A stretch of DNA of 63,711 nucleotides, counting the filler, from Bigelowiella natans CCMP2755 (lineage: Eukaryota; Protista; Cercozoa), in assembly GCA_000320545.1 (NCBI GenBank). It is 3 parts of 3 records of this genome, joined end to end, with 100 filler letters (N's around TTAATTAATTAA, not from the genome) between each part and the next. Parts side by side here need not be neighbours in the genome. Positions count along the whole stretch, not along the records: positions 29,715 to 61,657 come from ADNK01002452.1; positions 61,758 to 63,711 come from ADNK01001680.1; 1 more part is not named here. One strand, given 5' to 3'. The notes under the pieces are model-generated. The model was given only the letters and a program-made list of their open reading frames with translations. It did not search any database and was not told the DNA's origin. Positions 60,501 to 63,711 of the stretch are shown here, piece by piece (positions within the stretch are counted from its first letter, which is position 1; every line of letters begins with the position of its first letter). Position numbers and translations under genes: made by a program.

Positions 60501-61657
60501 ATCATACCCCTCCGGATACCACGAAGACATAAAATCTCAATTTTTTAATGGGGCATAGGAAGAACTTTGAAAGACACATGCTCTCCAATCTCGAGAGAGG
60601 AAATGGAAAAATAAGACCCTATGCGTTCAGGAATAAAAACTGCTGATGATGAATTTCACAATTCTGTTGGAAAAAGTAAGCATCCTGACCTGCGTTGGAG
60701 TGAACGTGATGGTCGGCGAGTTCGTTCCATATCTATACGTTCCGGGGTAGACCACTAGCACTTTCGAGGCGGAAAACGGAGCGGCAAAGATCCGCCCGTC
60801 AGGCGCCATCGTATGCGAAATATATTTGTCAGATCCCGAGCCATAATTCTCGCTAAGCTGGTAGGAAACGTTCCGCAGCGGGTCAATCACCAGCACTTTT
60901 GATACCGACGAGCGAGGCGCAGCAAAGATCCGCCCATCTCCTGCCACCGCGCTCATCCGATATTTATCATCATTTGAACCGTAATCCTCACTAAGCTGGT
61001 ATGATACGTTCCGCGACGGGTCGATCACTAGTACTTTCGAGGCATAATTAGGAGCGGCGAAGATCCGTCCGTCCTGGGCCACCACATTCGTCGTATATTT
61101 GCTATCCCCTAAGTAGCTTTCGCTGAGCTGGTAGGAGATGTCCAGTAACGGGTCGATCACCAGCACTTTCAGTGCATGAGAAGGAGCAGCAAAGATCCGC
61201 CCGTCCCGCGCCACCGCGCTCGTCAAATATTTGCTATTCCCTAGGTAGCTTTCGCTGAGCTGGTAGGAGATGTTCCGCGACGGGTCGATCACCAGCACTT
61301 TCATTGCATTGAAAGGAGCGGCAAAGATCCGCCCGTCAGGCGCCATCGTATGCGAAATATATTTGTCAGATCCCGAGCCATAATTTTCGCTAAGCTGGTA
61401 AGAAACGTTCCGCAGCGGGTCGATCACCAGCACTCTCAGTGCATCAGCAGGAGCGGCAAAGATCCGACCGTCAGGCGCCACCGCGCTCGTCCAATATTTT
61501 CTCCCATTCCCCGAGCCATAATCCTCATTGAGCTGGTAGGAGACGTTCCGCGACGGGTCGATCACTAGAACTTTCGATGCATGAGAAGGAGCGGCAAAGA
61601 TCCGCCCGTCAGCCGCCACCGCGCTCGTTCGATATTTATCACTCCCCGAGCCGTAAT
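51660..61657 (-). CDS. Polycystin-1-like (REJ + GPS) multi-TM receptor with N-terminal beta-propeller repeats; 5' end runs into the gap
   Basis: REJ motifs VVFDASSSYDP and VNTPPRLGSCSATPASGYALQTQFQLACEGYEDADVPLTYSF. GPS motif CMFWD...WNTTGV...CNSSHLTSF. TM block includes HPWMSIFTR...KKRVMIL. Pro/Thr stalks at about 59060-59190 and 60300-60360. Confidence 0.85.
60740..61657 (-). repeat. About 7 coding tandem repeats of ~44 aa (~132 nt), probable beta-propeller blades
   Basis: Repeated (A)PDGRIFAAP...KVLVIDPxRNVSYQLSExYG...KY units; two copies are nearly identical at the DNA level. Confidence 0.9.
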
Positions 61658-61757
61658 NNNNNNNNNNNNNNNNNNNNNNNNNNNNNNNNNNNNNNNNNNN
61701 NTTAATTAATTAANNNNNNNNNNNNNNNNNNNNNNNNNNNNNNNNNNNNNNNNNNNN
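61658..61757. other. Artificial scaffold gap linker
   Basis: N44-TTAATTAATTAA-N44, identical to 29615-29714. Confidence 0.97.
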
Positions 61758-61861
61758 ATATATATATATATATATCTGTGCATTTATGCACCGCACCCTT
61801 ATGTACTTATGTGCGCATTAGAGTTAGTGAGTGAGTAAGTGAGGGGTGACATAGCTATAAT

Positions 61862-62217
61862 ACCCTCGCATTCTCGCTATCCATCATCACTGATAAGACG
61901 CCGTCGTTGTCTCCATAAGCCATCACCTCACCTGGGTTATGCACGCCAACCATAGCCAAATCAGCGTCCAGATTGAAATGATAAAATTGGACAATTTGAG
62001 ACGAATATACGTCGCATATAATGGCCGCATATCTATCTCTATCATCAGAGATAGATAACAAATACACACACTCACACACACACGCACACACTGACGAAAT
62101 TTTACCAACTATATTTGCTGTATATACCTGTTGGTGAAGATGCGCCTCCGGTAATATGCGAGGCCGTGTGCACGTGGGAAAACGGCATGAAATCACAGCT
62201 CCCATCCTACGAATATA

Positions 62218-62256
<39 letters not shown>

Positions 62257-62398
62257 TATATTGTAGAAAAATTAATAACTTCTCTGAATGCTAGTGGCAT
62301 GTATGGCTATGCAAAATGAAATAGGCAAGAAACACTTCTTACGTTTGCGTCTGCGACGTTCAGCCTACCATTGGGCGCCACAAGCTGTTGTGGAAGAA

Positions 62399-62436
<38 letters not shown>

Positions 62437-62802
62437 GGAAGGGTGGTGACTTGCCGATCGTCTTTCGAGAAAAACTCTGGGGCGAGGTGGGGGAGGGGGA
62501 GGCGATATATTCACGCAAATTTGCTTCTCTACTTCTTTCACGGCAAATCTTGCAGCGACATGTAGCCGGGAGAAAACGCTATTCTGATGAGCGTTGTGCG
62601 CTGCTTTCAGACAGAGCAGGCGCACTCTCCACAGCGTTCATACGATAAAACAAGGCTGATGAGCACGTAAGGTTGCGAATCATCACTATCATCGTGTATG
62701 GGCGACCCTACTACTACTACTACCAGAAGGGAAGAAGAGAATCTTGGCATGAACCAGAGCTGTCAATCCCACCATACGAGCAGTTCCATTTGTAAGAACC
62801 AA

Positions 62803-62854
<52 letters not shown>

Positions 62855-62952
62855 ACATGCACGCACGCACGCGCACACATTCTCGCTCTTAGAAACTGCG
62901 ATTCCCTCCTCCTACCCCTCACTTAACACATACCAGCAGCTATGCCTTTACA

Positions 62953-62989
<37 letters not shown>

Positions 62990-63316
62990 CACAATTGCCA
63001 CGCATCAAGCATATAACCGCATAGAGGAAACAAGAAACCACGCTCAAACAGACAGCGACCGAGCGCCCTGGTAGTGTGAAAATCTAAGCTCATCACCGAT
63101 CCGCAAACCTACCTTCACCACGCCAGATTTGAACGTAACAGGCCTCAGCTGCCGCATCGTCCGTACGTCAAAGATGCGAATGAACATGTCCAAAAGCGGC
63201 TGAGCGCGGGAGGAGGGGGGGTGGGAGGGGGGGGGGGGGAGTACCAGCACTCAGAAATGAAGGGGTTTTATGTTTCTTTTGCGGTGGAAGTGTTACTGTA
63301 CTTATTTGTGCAGATA

Positions 63317-63358
<42 letters not shown>

Positions 63359-63711
63359 AGGGTGAACATGAAGAAAGGGTGAGTCAGTGAAGGAGGAAAA
63401 AACAAGCTAGGTTGGATGAGGCGGATGGGGGCATATTATTTGTCAATGGATGCTTATCTCCACATGAGAGAAAATGAGAGCGAATAGATGGGATACTTAC
63501 CCATATTTTAAGTCGAGTCCGATCGGAAGAAATAATTCGCAATGTTATATCTTTTACGTCACGGATATCAGTATGTCAGGTCATTCCATTTTCACAAATA
63601 CAAAAAGGATATCGTGGGAACCAATCATCCATGACTTCGAACACACCTTGAGAAGGTGGTTCCAGGCGACTGAAATACAAAATAGTGTGCGGGAAAAGAG
63701 TGGGGCAGCAG
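61862..63711 (-). CDS. PAN2: PAN2 deadenylase-like protein, WD40-region exons (partial)
   Basis: Exons LDMFIRIFDVRTMRQLRPVTF (about 63130-63195) and GEVMAYGDNDGVLSVM...ENAR (about 61865-61935) resemble PAN2 WD40 motifs DxFxKVYDLRxMRxLxPIxF and GxxxAFGDxxG. UCH and nuclease domains are not visible. Confidence 0.6.

Overview
This is intron-rich eukaryotic (protist/algal) nuclear DNA with dense (AC)n/(AT)n/(AG)n and trinucleotide microsatellites and two artificial 100-bp gap linkers. A bipartite-looking leader and the gene style would fit a chlorarachniophyte such as Bigelowiella, but the organism cannot be confirmed from the sequence alone. Manual splicing supports about 11 protein genes: an HSP20-domain protein, a large disordered protein, LRRCC1/VFL1, a leader-bearing basic protein, a ~1609-aa multidomain fusion, a Ser/Thr kinase, MAT1, a putative glycosyltransferase, a ubiquitin-like/Pro-rich hypothetical, a PKD1/REJ-GPS receptor-like protein and a PAN2-like WD40 fragment. 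Two observations stand out. (1) The fusion gene at 19213-24384 joins a signal peptide, a Cys/His domain, a CYP74-like P450, an epoxide-hydrolase-like domain and a His-rich ~7-TM domain. (2) Several intergenic tracts have lost nearly all TpA except in CTA/TAG context while keeping CpG, suggesting a targeted A-to-G hypermutation process. All exon boundaries were read by eye and family calls come from motif recognition, not database searches.
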